This document shows, one piece after another, positions 52,981 to 62,347 of a stretch of DNA of 64,000 nt (positions within the stretch are counted from its first letter, which is position 1; each line of letters begins with the position of its first letter). The notes beneath the pieces are model-generated. The model made no database searches. It was not told where the DNA came from and saw only the letters and a program-made list of their open reading frames with translations. The position numbers were made by a program, and so were the translations under genes. The stretch comes from an uncultured Gammaproteobacteria bacterium (GTDB taxonomy: Bacteria > Patescibacteriota > Patescibacteriia > UBA9934). The DNA lies in contig CAYVLY010000003.1 of the NCBI GenBank assembly GCA_964452565.1, positions 22,555 through 86,554 on the forward strand, read 5' to 3'.

Positions 52981-53053
52981 GGGGGTATTCCATCCCCCAA
53001 ACCCCCTGGCCATGTTTCTTTGCTGGCCCAAAGAAATATGGAAAAGAAAAGGC
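52981..53053 (+). repeat. Two-hairpin element A (gggggtattccatccccc … ccatgtttctttgctggcccaaagaaatatgg …), left direct repeat of the GC-rich island
   Basis: About 85% identical over 73 nt to 55857-55929 in the same orientation. Confidence 0.6.
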
Positions 53054-53267
53054 CTTTGCGAGTAGTCCCGCGGCTTACTAGAACACAGACACCTGCCGCC
53101 AATTTTTTTATTAGAGGTATTAATGGTTGGGCTGATCGATAATCTCCAGCCGTAGGGTTGGCGTCGGGTCGCAAGGCCCGACACCATCAGGGACGTAGGG
53201 CAACTGCACGCACTCAAGATTAGCTGGGGAAAATTGGCTGGGGACTGAGTTTGAGGATACAGACAAA

Positions 53268-53295
53268 ACACCACCCAATCGGGTGGTGTTTTTTG
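53268..53295. terminator. Bidirectional terminator acaccaccc-aatc-gggtggtgt flanked by A/T runs
   Basis: Perfect 9-bp stem with aaaa upstream and tttttt downstream. Confidence 0.55.
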
Positions 53296-53389
53296 CGCTG
53301 TTCACAAGTTTACTTATGAACACTGCGTGTTGGCAGAGCACAGTACTAGGTACTGGCCCTGCCTGTGAGACGGGGGAAGGGACGGGGGA

Positions 53390-54343
53390 CTAGGCCGCAG
53401 CCGAGTGCTTGCGATCGAGCTCAGCGATCCGGTTGTGGAACAGCTTCTCGAGCTCGCGCTGCTGGGCTTCGAGTTCCTCGATCGCCCTGGGCGGGATGGG
53501 GAGTTCCTCATCGAGACGGTGCTGGATCATCTTTTCGAGATCACCCTCTGAGGTGCCCAGCCAGGGCATCCGGTGCTTGTCCTCGACGTGCCGGTTGGTG
53601 TAGGGCATGTAGCTGGCCCACCTCGGGCCGCGGTAGTTCCGTTCTGCGCCGCGACGGGCGCGCGGCCTGTGGCCGTGGAGCCGTGCCACATGGCAGTCCT
53701 TGGACACGTGACGGCTCTTGCGAGCCTGGTGGGGCTCGGCCGCGATACGCTCGGCCTCGAGATGAGCGGCATAGCGGGCGATGGCATCGGCATACTCGAC
53801 CTCGTAGTCGATATCGCCTTCGATCATGTCTCCTCTGTACACCCTGACCATGTCTCCTGCCAGCCAGATCAGGTGCTCTTGCGCGAGCTGGACCCGACGC
53901 TCTTCGTTTTCTCCGATCCAGTTCTCCATGTCGTCCCAGACCTCATCTTCGTCGTACTCGTCGAGCTCGTATTCCTCGTCGTCCAAGGCCTCGCGGCCGA
54001 AGTCGAAGTGCTCGATGAGGACCTGGTCAGTGGAGGGGTCGACGCGATCGGGGTGGAAGGGGTCAGCCATCTGGACGTGCATGTCGTACAAGTCCATGTG
54101 GTTGTTCATGGCTACCTCGCCGAAGTTGGGCGAGGTTCCGAAGCTGCGCACTCCATTCTCGTTGGTGACCCACCAGGCCGGCTTGCGGCCGGTGATCTGG
54201 TTTTTCTCGTCTGCCCACCGCTCGAGCTCCTGGGCCCGACCTTCTGCGATGATCTGCTGCCGCTGTCGTTCACCTTCCAGATCCAGGGTCATGACGACGT
54301 TTGGGACTGGCAGGTGTCGAACTTCTGATGCTGCTGTTGCCAT
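53390..54343 (-). CDS. GC-rich hypothetical protein (cassette G6, 317 aa, acidic D/E-rich segment)
   Basis: Long ORF in a GC-rich island, with AAGGAG 9 nt before the ATG. All other frames show shadow ORFs only. Confidence 0.5.
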   Translation of the reverse strand: MATAASEVRHLPVPNVVMTLDLEGERQRQQIIAEGRAQELERWADEKNQITGRKPAWWVTNENGVRSFGTSPNFGEVAMNNHMDLYDMHVQMADPFHPDRVDPSTDQVLIEHFDFGREALDDEEYELDEYDEDEVWDDMENWIGENEERRVQLAQEHLIWLAGDMVRVYRGDMIEGDIDYEVEYADAIARYAAHLEAERIAAEPHQARKSRHVSKDCHVARLHGHRPRARRGAERNYRGPRWASYMPYTNRHVEDKHRMPWLGTSEGDLEKMIQHRLDEELPIPPRAIEELEAQQRELEKLFHNRIAELDRKHSAAA

Positions 54344-54895
54344 TTCCGATATCTCCTTCGGTGTGGCTTCTGGTGGAAAGAAAACCCCGGGATGGGGCGT
54401 CTATTTGTGGTGGTTTCCCACAGCAATCTGGAGGTGATGTGGTGCTCTGAGACAGGCTCAGAACATGTGCCCAGCTAGGCTGGGCTCATAGGGTAGTGAC
54501 TCCCGAAGGAATATATCCCGAGAATGTTCGGGTATGTACTAGGAGTTAGCCGAAGCCAAGTCTTAGAACTTGAACATTCAATCCTCCTGAGGCTTTGTAA
54601 TTTCAGAAGAAATTCATCAACCTCCAGGTTGCTGTAGAAAACGCCTCAGATGTGATCTCCTAATCACATCCAAAGCGTTTTTTTTGTTCTCTCTCAAATT
54701 GTTGTCATCCTGAACGAAGTGAAGGATCCACTCAAGTAGATTCTTCGCTACGCTCAGAATGACAGGTGACATAGCCACTCAGAGCACACAAGTGAACTTG
54801 TATTCTCTGCGCGACCCGCATACAGGCGATCTTGAGACAAGGCTCGTGATCGGTGATCCTGCATGCGAGACGGAAGGGGGTGAAGGGGCGGCGGA

Positions 54896-55612
54896 CTAGC
54901 GGGGCGCCTGGCTGAGCTCGCGGATGCTGGCCGTCAGACCGCCATCCTGGGCCTGGGCGACCTTGCGGGTGGGGGTCAGCCGCTGGAAGTCCAGGTCGCT
55001 CTCCTTGCCACCGACCTTCGCAGGCAGGGCAGCGGAGAACTTGCGGATCTGGGCGAACACCTCATCGGTGAGGATGCCCAGCGCCACGAAGCACTCACCG
55101 ACCTCGCGGTAGCTCCGGCGCACACCCAGCTTCTTGCTCTGGGCGATGGCGTAGAGCGTGTTCGCCGCGGCCTGCTTGTTGCTGGTCAGGACGACCTTCC
55201 CGGCCTTCTGGTCCATCGCGTAGGTGTAGGGGCACTTGCCGCTGTGCTGCCACTTGTCGCCCCTCTTGAACCGCCGGTAGGTGCCGGCCTTGGATGCGGC
55301 ATCCAGGATGGCCTTGCAGGCTTGGTTCTGGTGCGAGAGGAAGACGGCCACATCGTAGCGGGCCTTGGCAGCCAGGCCAGCCTTGTCACCTGCGTCGTGC
55401 ATCTTCTTGAGGCACAGCTGCTCGGCGACCAGGCGCGCGGGCTCGAGCTCCTGTACCATCTGCTCCATTGCCGCCTCGTCACTCTTGACCAGGTTGGCGA
55501 TGGCCAGTAGGGCGCGCTTCAGCTGCTTCTCGGCCTCGGTCAGCTCATCCCACTTTTTGTAGATGAAGAGGGTGTCCTGGCGGGGCTGCGTGTTCTTGGT
55601 TGCTTCGGCCAT
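54896..55612 (-). CDS. GC-rich hypothetical protein (cassette G7, 239 aa from MAEATKNT)
   Basis: AAGGAG RBS 7 nt before ATG 55612 and a consensus promoter about 150 nt upstream. Confidence 0.5.
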   Translation of the reverse strand: MAEATKNTQPRQDTLFIYKKWDELTEAEKQLKRALLAIANLVKSDEAAMEQMVQELEPARLVAEQLCLKKMHDAGDKAGLAAKARYDVAVFLSHQNQACKAILDAASKAGTYRRFKRGDKWQHSGKCPYTYAMDQKAGKVVLTSNKQAAANTLYAIAQSKKLGVRRSYREVGECFVALGILTDEVFAQIRKFSAALPAKVGGKESDLDFQRLTPTRKVAQAQDGGLTASIRELSQAPR

Positions 55613-55763
55613 GATGGCACTCCTTGTTCTGGCTGGGTGACCCCTCGACCTCCTTGGTCGGGTGGTCGGGGGTTGGATGGAAGCCCCGGGGGTGGGGCAT
55701 GCTTGGGGAAACAAGTGAAGGGAACGCATTTATATTGGCTTTCTGGCCAAATGCGAACGTTGT

Positions 55764-55792
55764 AATATAGCACAAAAAAGCGGTTTTGTCAA
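55764..55792 (-). promoter_or_regulatory. Consensus promoter on the - strand: TTGACA-aaaccgcttttttgtgc-TATATT
   Basis: -35 at 55792-55787 and -10 at 55769-55764, with a 17-nt spacer. Confidence 0.5.
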
Positions 55793-55856
55793 GAGCAAAC
55801 CATGGATTTGGGGCCAAAGTTAGTAAAAAAAATTGTAAAGCTCTGAGTGATCAGTT

Positions 55857-55929
55857 GGGGGTACTCCGTCCCCCTGGACCCCCAGGCCATATTTCTTTGC
55901 TCACCCAAAGAAATATGGAAAAGAAAGGG
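55857..55929 (+). repeat. Two-hairpin element B, right direct repeat of the GC-rich island
   Basis: Sequence gggggtactccgtccccctggacccccaggccatatttctttgctcacccaaagaaatatggaaaagaaaggg. Confidence 0.6.
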
Positions 55930-56158
55930 TGTTGGCCCATACTGCGCTCGTCCAGGTATACCTCAGGCATACAAACGGGCATTTTGGCGATCCAATTTGT
56001 AATTAAAGGATAAATTGGACTCAAAATGCTATTCCGTTCTCCTGCCCGAGGATAAGCCTGGATGTACTCGTGGTGGGCCTGAGTCTGGGTCCTGGGTTCC
56101 CTTCGACTCGCCCTGCTCGCTCAGGACCTTCGGCTGCATTCCGTGGTACAATACCCCT

Positions 56159-57082
56159 ATGAATCCCTCGTTTGAGAGCATTATTGGCCATAAAAAGCAG
56201 TGTGATTATCTAAAGCATGTCCTAGAGTCTGGAAATGTCGCACATGCTTATTGTTTTTCTGGTTCAAAAGGATTGGGCAAGGCAACGATTGCAAAGGAGT
56301 TTGCTGAGCGATTATTAAGTCTAGAGACTGACAAACTTCAAACTTCACCAAATGTAACAATCGTAAGTGATGAGAATGGGAAGATCGGAGTTGAAGAGAT
56401 CCGAGCGCTCAAGCAGACCTTGTCACTTTCTACTTTTGGTGGAGGCTGGAAGATTGCAATTATCAACGGCGCTGATTCAATGACAACCTCTGCGCAGAAT
56501 GCCTTACTAAAAACATTGGAAGAACCAACACCTCAGACTGTTTTGATCCTCATCTCTCATAACTCAGATGCACTTTTGGAAACCATTCGTTCGCGCGTTG
56601 CGACTATTGAATTCAATCTTTTGCCAGTTGATCAAATAGTTGATGCCCTTGAAGATAGGTTTGGAGTAAAAAAACAAAAAGCACAGCTTATTGCGCAGCT
56701 TAGTATGGGTAGAGCAGGAGTTGCATTTGTTTGTTCTGACGAAGAGAACTGTAAGGAGCAAGAAGAAAAGGCACAGGAGGCTCTTCAGTTTTTGCAAGAC
56801 CCACTTTACGAGCGAATGCGTAAGATTGAGTTGATCACAAAAACCAAAGAAGATCGTCAACGAGTGATCCAAAACATGGTAGAATTATGGAGAATGTGGC
56901 TGCATGAAGGTTTGCTGTACTCTTTGGGTATGAGCTCTGCTGATCAGGTTAAAGATCTAGCAGGACAAAGCTCAGGTACTCAGATCAAGAAAGCACTCTC
57001 AACTCTTCATGAATGTGAGCGTGCACTGGATCGCAATGTTCAACCAGCACTTGCCCTACAAGTGTTTGCGTCGAGTTTTTAA
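56159..57082 (+). CDS. holB: DNA polymerase III delta' subunit (AAA+ clamp-loader)
   Basis: HAYCFSGSKGLGKATIAKEFAERLL Walker-A-like region and the SRV-like SRVATIEF. The ORF-track start at 56015 lies in a GC-rich non-coding-looking leader; the Met at 56159 directly follows TGGTACAAT. Confidence 0.75.
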   Translation: MNPSFESIIGHKKQCDYLKHVLESGNVAHAYCFSGSKGLGKATIAKEFAERLLSLETDKLQTSPNVTIVSDENGKIGVEEIRALKQTLSLSTFGGGWKIAIINGADSMTTSAQNALLKTLEEPTPQTVLILISHNSDALLETIRSRVATIEFNLLPVDQIVDALEDRFGVKKQKAQLIAQLSMGRAGVAFVCSDEENCKEQEEKAQEALQFLQDPLYERMRKIELITKTKEDRQRVIQNMVELWRMWLHEGLLYSLGMSSADQVKDLAGQSSGTQIKKALSTLHECERALDRNVQPALALQVFASSF

Positions 57083-57093
57083 ACAACTAATCT

Positions 57094-57175
57094 GTCATCC
57101 CGGCCGTAGAGCCGGGATCCATCGAAAATCAATTTCGATAAGTGATGGACCCCCGATCGGGGTCGGGGGTGACAC
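57094..57175 (-). repeat. Three-hairpin GC-rich intergenic element (family X/Y, - orientation)
   Basis: It is the reverse complement of the element at 49943-50026 and lies between the holB stop and the lipoprotein start. Confidence 0.6.
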
Positions 57176-57186
57176 ATAATGAGAAT

Positions 57187-58242
57187 ATGAAAAAATATAC
57201 ATCTTTAAGCCTTTTGGCTCTGTCCTTGGTACTTGTTGGTAATAGTTGCCTTTCATCAAGCTCAACATCTAGCACTGGCGGTGTTTGGCAAACACAGGAC
57301 AGTGGACAAAACTGGACTCAACTGGCAGCGCTTCCTCAGGCAGGCGGAGTCGGATCTATTGCTGGAGTAAATGTAACAGTTATTGAGATTGATCCCTCAG
57401 ATGCTACTGTTTACTATCTTGGAACTGATGGAAATGGAGTGTTTGTCTCATATGACGCTGGAAGCACATGGCAGCGACCAGATGCAAGCGCCCTTGCAAC
57501 TGGATCGATTGTTGATATTGAAGTTCACCCAAGTGATGTTTGTACGATCTATATTGCATATCCTGACACAGTTTTGAAGACTACTGACTGCATGCGAAGT
57601 GTTGATGATATTTATGAAGTAGATCAGTCAGACGAGTATGTGACAACTTTTGATATTGATTGGTACAGTCCAGACAATCTTTGGCTTGGTAACGAGCAAG
57701 GAGCAGTTATTAAGTCAGCAGATGCTGGAGGAACTTGGTCAACTATTTATCGTGTAAATGATGATATTACTGATTTAGAAATCAGTAAGGCAGATAGTCG
57801 GATTATCCTTGTGGCAACTGACCGCAGGGGCCTGTATCGATCTGAAGACAGTGGATCAAGCTGGACTGAGTATGAGGATGAGCTAAGGAAAGAGTTCAAG
57901 AGTTCAGATGAGGTTTATGGTTTTACTCAAACCGAAGATGGAACGTCTGTGATTATGAATACTGAATATGGATTACTGATTTCCATTGACATGGGTGAGA
58001 CATGGGATGCTTTGTCATTGCTTACAGAAGAGGGTGAAGTCCGAGTTTGGGATGTTGCATTTGCACCTCACAATGCGAGCGATATTTACTACACAACCTC
58101 ATCAACTTTTTACAGCACAAGCACTGGAGGTCAGTCATGGGTAACTGAAGATTTACCGTCTGGCAGAACACCTTACATTGTGCGCGTAAATCCAGATGAT
58201 ATGGATAGGGTTTTGGTAGGATTTAGAGCATTGGACAACTAG
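57187..58242 (+). CDS. Lipoprotein with BNR/Asp-box (SxDxGxTW) beta-propeller repeats
   Basis: Lipobox LVGNSC, and Asp-box repeats SYDAGSTW, SADAGGTW, SEDSGSSW, SIDMGETW and STGGQSW. Confidence 0.65.
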   Translation: MKKYTSLSLLALSLVLVGNSCLSSSSTSSTGGVWQTQDSGQNWTQLAALPQAGGVGSIAGVNVTVIEIDPSDATVYYLGTDGNGVFVSYDAGSTWQRPDASALATGSIVDIEVHPSDVCTIYIAYPDTVLKTTDCMRSVDDIYEVDQSDEYVTTFDIDWYSPDNLWLGNEQGAVIKSADAGGTWSTIYRVNDDITDLEISKADSRIILVATDRRGLYRSEDSGSSWTEYEDELRKEFKSSDEVYGFTQTEDGTSVIMNTEYGLLISIDMGETWDALSLLTEEGEVRVWDVAFAPHNASDIYYTTSSTFYSTSTGGQSWVTEDLPSGRTPYIVRVNPDDMDRVLVGFRALDN

Positions 58243-58269
58243 CGAAAAACTGACTAAGATGCATTTTAT

Positions 58270-58800
58270 ATGAGTAGAAACGAACAATTTCAAAAAGTAA
58301 TCGAGTTCTTTGAAGGAGAACTTAAGACCCTACGAACTGGTCGCGCCACTCCAGAGTTGGTTGATAGTGTTCAGGTTGAAGCCTATGGAGCGCAGCAGCC
58401 ACTAAAAGCTGTTGCGAGCATTTCAACACCTGACCCAAAGACTGTGCAGATTGAGCCATGGGATGCGTCTGTTGTTCAGTCGATTGAAAAGGCGCTCATG
58501 GAAGCAGATCTTGGCATGACTCCAAATGTAGATGGAAAAATCATCCGTCTTAATATGCCAATGATGACAGATGATAATCGTCAGCAAATGGTTAAGAAGT
58601 TGAAAGAAAAGACAGAGGATTCGAAGGTTAAGATTCGTCGCATAAGAGAGGATGAGAAGAAAGTAATCGATAAGCAAGAAGGTATTGGAGATGACGACAA
58701 GCGCCGTGAACTTGAGAATCTTGAAAGCGACGTAAAGGATCAAGTTGCAAAGATCGATGAGATGGCAAAGAAAAAAGAAGAAGAGATTACAACGATTTAA
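58270..58800 (+). CDS. frr: Ribosome recycling factor
   Basis: 176-aa RRF fold sequence (…LKTLRTGRATPELVDSVQVEAYG…). Confidence 0.9.
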   Translation: MSRNEQFQKVIEFFEGELKTLRTGRATPELVDSVQVEAYGAQQPLKAVASISTPDPKTVQIEPWDASVVQSIEKALMEADLGMTPNVDGKIIRLNMPMMTDDNRQQMVKKLKEKTEDSKVKIRRIREDEKKVIDKQEGIGDDDKRRELENLESDVKDQVAKIDEMAKKKEEEITTI

Positions 58801-58801
58801 T

Positions 58802-60190
58802 ATGGCAAAAGAAGAGCAGAAGCAAATGGAAAAGATCGTGTCGCTTTGTAAGCGACGCGGCTTTATCTTTCCGTCCTCAGAGATCTATGGTGGGTTTTCA
58901 GCAGTTTATGACTATGGCCCGCTTGGCACAGAGCTTTCAAATAACATTAAGGCTGCATGGTGGAAAACAATAGTACATGAGCGTGAAGATGTCGTTGGAC
59001 TTGATAGCTCGATTTTCATGAGTCCAAAGATTTGGGAGGCTAGTGGACATGTTGGTGGCTTTGCTGATCCTCTGACTGAGTGTAAGAAGTGCCATGCGCG
59101 ACATCGTGTTGATCACATGCTTGAGTCAATTGATGTGTTTGCAGATGAGAAAATGACTGAAGAGGAGGTAAATAAGATTTTTGAAGAAAATAAAGATAAG
59201 TTGAAGTGTCCAAAATGTGGGGCGCAAGATTTCACAGATGTTCGAAAGTTCAACTTGCTCGTGCAGTCAAACCTTGGAAACTTCACAGGAGATTGGGCAG
59301 AAAATCCAGTGTATCTTCGCGGTGAGACTTGCCAAGGAATCTTTGTGAACTTTAAAAATGTAGTTGATTCAATGCACGTTAAGGTTCCGTTTGGTATTGC
59401 TCAAGTTGGTAAAGCATTTCGTAATGAGATTACAGCGCGGCAATTCATATTTAGAACACGCGAGTTTGAGCAAATGGAGATGCAGTATTTTGTACATCCA
59501 GATGAAGCAATGAAGTTCTATGATGAGTGGAAGGAGCTCAGAATGCAGTTCTACATTGATCTAGGTATAGATAAGAAAAACCTTAAATGGCATCAGCATG
59601 AGAACTTAGTGTTCTATGCTAAGGAAGCGTATGACATTGAGTATAAGTATCCATTTGGATGGAAAGAGCTTGAGGGCATCCATGCGCGAGGGGACTATGA
59701 TCTTACTCAGCATTGCGAACATTCTGGTCAAAAGCTGGAGTACATGGATCAGCAGAAAAAAGAAAAGTATACCCCCCACGTTGTTGAAACCTCTGCTGGC
59801 GTTGGGCGTACTCTACTAGCAGTTCTTACCGATGCTTACACAGAGGAAGAAGTTGAGGGAGAGACTCGTGTGGTCTTGAAGCTTCATCCAAAGCTAGCAC
59901 CATTCAAGATCGCAGTGTTGCCACTCTCAAAGAAAGACGAGCTGATCGAACCAGCGCGCGAAGTTTTCAAAACTCTTGCAAAGAAATATCACACAGACTT
60001 TGACATTACTCAGTCGATTGGGAAGCGATATCGCAGACAAGACGAGATTGGAACGCCATACTGTATTACATTTGATTTTGATTCATTGGAGGATAAGGCG
60101 GTTACTGTTCGTGATCGCGATACTATGAAGCAGGACCGTGTAGCTATAAATGAGCTAGAAGCATACTTTGCAGAGAAGCTCGATTATTAA
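58802..60190 (+). CDS. glyQS: Glycine--tRNA ligase (dimeric class II GlyRS)
   Basis: N-terminus KRRGFIFPSSEIYGGFSAVYDYGPLG typical of alpha2-type GlyRS. Confidence 0.85.
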   Translation: MAKEEQKQMEKIVSLCKRRGFIFPSSEIYGGFSAVYDYGPLGTELSNNIKAAWWKTIVHEREDVVGLDSSIFMSPKIWEASGHVGGFADPLTECKKCHARHRVDHMLESIDVFADEKMTEEEVNKIFEENKDKLKCPKCGAQDFTDVRKFNLLVQSNLGNFTGDWAENPVYLRGETCQGIFVNFKNVVDSMHVKVPFGIAQVGKAFRNEITARQFIFRTREFEQMEMQYFVHPDEAMKFYDEWKELRMQFYIDLGIDKKNLKWHQHENLVFYAKEAYDIEYKYPFGWKELEGIHARGDYDLTQHCEHSGQKLEYMDQQKKEKYTPHVVETSAGVGRTLLAVLTDAYTEEEVEGETRVVLKLHPKLAPFKIAVLPLSKKDELIEPAREVFKTLAKKYHTDFDITQSIGKRYRRQDEIGTPYCITFDFDSLEDKAVTVRDRDTMKQDRVAINELEAYFAEKLDY

Positions 60191-60203
60191 TCAATAGAAA
60201 AAT

Positions 60204-61499
60204 ATGATCAAAGCAAAGCAGCTGAATAATGGCATGCGATTTCATCTTGTTCCGTTTAAAGGCACAAATGCTGTTACTGTTTTAGTTTTGTCAGACGTTG
60301 GCTCTCGTTATGAGTCAGATAGAGTAATGGGAGGCTCGCATCTTATCGAACACATGATGTTCAAGGGAACGAAAAAGCGACCAACAACATTGGATATTTC
60401 AAAGGAATTAGATCGATATGGTGCAGAGTTCAATGCCTACACTGGCAAGGATGTTACTGGATATTATGTAAAAATTGCTGGAGATAAGGCACCGGTCGCG
60501 ATCGATCTTTTACATGACATGCTTTTTAACTCAAAGTTTGACTCTAAAGAACTCAAACGCGAGAAGCAAGTGATAGTTGAGGAGATAAAGATGTATGAGG
60601 AAAATCCGATCATGCATATTGGCGATATGATTGAGCAGGTGATGTTTGACGGCTCTTCTTTGGGCCGGGAGATTGCTGGAACACCTGAATCAGTAGTTGA
60701 CATGAGACGTGCTGATATCCTTAAGTATAAGAATGAACATTATTCACCTGAGAGAATGGTTGTTGTATTAGCTGGAGCGATTCCAAAGGACGCCAAAGCG
60801 CTTCTTGAAAAAACATTTGGAAGCGTAAAGGTTACGCAGGACAAGGTGAGAGCTTACGAGACAATCTCTGATCGTTTTGAAGCTCCGGGAGCTCGCATGA
60901 GAACGCAGTTTAAGCCATTGAAACAGATCCAACTTGCACTAGGTTTTCCAACAGTTGGTCGTGAGCATAAGGATTCCCCAGCGCTTAGAATCTTATCAAC
61001 TATATTGGGAGGGTCGATGAGTTCAAGGTTATTTATCGAAGTTAGGGAACGTAAGGGACTTTGCTACACGATCCGATCCCATGTTGGTTTTTATGAGGAT
61101 GTTGGTAAGTTTATTATCCAAGCAGGACTTGATGAGAAAAGACTTGATGATGCTGTTAAGACAATTTTCAAGGAGCTGGATAAGATTAAAAAGCACGGTG
61201 TAACTCAAAAAGAACTTAGTTATACAAAGGACCATTTGGATGGCGCTATGCAACTTGGTCTTGAGAATTCATCTGCACGAGCAGAGTTTTATGGCCGGCA
61301 GGAGCTTCATCTGGGATATTCAAAAACCCCAGAAGAGCGACTTAAGGAATTACATGCAGTTAAGCGTTCAGATATTAAAAGAGTGGCTTGTGAGGTTTTG
61401 GATCTTAATCAATTATCAGTTGCAGCAATTGGTCCGTACAAGAAAGATAAGGATCTAAAGAAGCATTTCGAAGAAGTAATGAAAAGTGATAAAAGGTAG
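60204..61499 (+). CDS. M16-family zinc peptidase (pitrilysin/insulinase-like)
   Basis: Inverted zinc-binding motif HLIEHMMFKGT (HxxEH) and the downstream Glu region. Confidence 0.8.
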   Translation: MIKAKQLNNGMRFHLVPFKGTNAVTVLVLSDVGSRYESDRVMGGSHLIEHMMFKGTKKRPTTLDISKELDRYGAEFNAYTGKDVTGYYVKIAGDKAPVAIDLLHDMLFNSKFDSKELKREKQVIVEEIKMYEENPIMHIGDMIEQVMFDGSSLGREIAGTPESVVDMRRADILKYKNEHYSPERMVVVLAGAIPKDAKALLEKTFGSVKVTQDKVRAYETISDRFEAPGARMRTQFKPLKQIQLALGFPTVGREHKDSPALRILSTILGGSMSSRLFIEVRERKGLCYTIRSHVGFYEDVGKFIIQAGLDEKRLDDAVKTIFKELDKIKKHGVTQKELSYTKDHLDGAMQLGLENSSARAEFYGRQELHLGYSKTPEERLKELHAVKRSDIKRVACEVLDLNQLSVAAIGPYKKDKDLKKHFEEVMKSDKR

Positions 61500-61503
61500 T
61501 AAA

Positions 61504-61570
61504 AGGTGATTAGAGGTTTGGAACTTCGTAACCTCTGATCACCTCTGATCACCTCTATAACCTTTTTACT
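61504..61570 (+). terminator. Terminator-like hairpin aggtgattagaggtt…aacctctgatcacct with a ctgatcacct direct repeat and T-run
   Basis: Read from the sequence; it sits between the M16 peptidase and tpiA. Confidence 0.4.
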
Positions 61571-62344
61571 ATGAAATACGTATTTGCAAATTGGAAAATG
61601 AACCTAGGCATTCGCGAGAGTGTGGCCCTTGCGCGTGGAGTAATGCGAACACTACGAGGTAAGGAAAAGACACCGTCAGTTGTTATATTTCCATCCTTTA
61701 CTGTGCTTAACGAGGTTCGAAAGGTAATGGCGCGATCTAGAATGAGACTTGGTGCGCAAAATTGTGGTACACAGAAAAAGGGCGCATTCACTGGAGAGGT
61801 CTCAACCTCCATGCTTGAAGACATTCAGTGTGAGTATGTTTTGGTAGGTCATTCTGAGCGTCGTCATGTTTTTGGTGAAAGTCTAGAGATTATTAAAGAT
61901 CGTTTTAAGGCCGCAATGGAGTCAAAACTTGTACCTGTTTTGTGTGTGGGTGAGCCATCAGAAGAGCGTAATGTTGGAAATGCAGAGTCTTATGTGTCAG
62001 AGCAGCTTATCAGTGCATTGAAAGGTTTACGCATCCCAAGGCAAAAGCATCTATTTGTTGCTTATGAACCAGTATGGGCCATTGGATCAGATCACGCGGC
62101 GCTTGTTGCAGATATGGTTGAGATGCATGACTTCATCAAAGATACGATCAAAAAGATTGTAGACGTTCCTGAAAGTAAGATTCATATTTTGTATGGAGGA
62201 TCAGTTGATTCTCAAAACGCATATGTGTTTTTACGTGAGGAATTAGTTGATGGGGTGTTGGTTGGGGGTGCAAGCTTGAAAATAAAAGAGTTCCAGGGCA
62301 TAGTAGACGCCGCAACTGATGTCATAACCGCTCAGGAACTATAA
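61571..62344 (+). CDS. tpiA: Triosephosphate isomerase
   Basis: ANWKMN, GAQN, VGHSERR and YEPVWAIG signature motifs. Confidence 0.9.
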   Translation: MKYVFANWKMNLGIRESVALARGVMRTLRGKEKTPSVVIFPSFTVLNEVRKVMARSRMRLGAQNCGTQKKGAFTGEVSTSMLEDIQCEYVLVGHSERRHVFGESLEIIKDRFKAAMESKLVPVLCVGEPSEERNVGNAESYVSEQLISALKGLRIPRQKHLFVAYEPVWAIGSDHAALVADMVEMHDFIKDTIKKIVDVPESKIHILYGGSVDSQNAYVFLREELVDGVLVGGASLKIKEFQGIVDAATDVITAQEL

Positions 62345-62347
62345 TCT

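Noticed and set aside
53365-54437. Plus-strand ORFs (160, 251 and 203 aa) and other overlapping frames inside the GC-rich island
   Set aside because: High GC suppresses stop codons in all frames. The - strand ORFs are longer, have AAGGAG RBSs and a consensus promoter, and the + strand frames are Arg/Ala/Pro-rich shadows.
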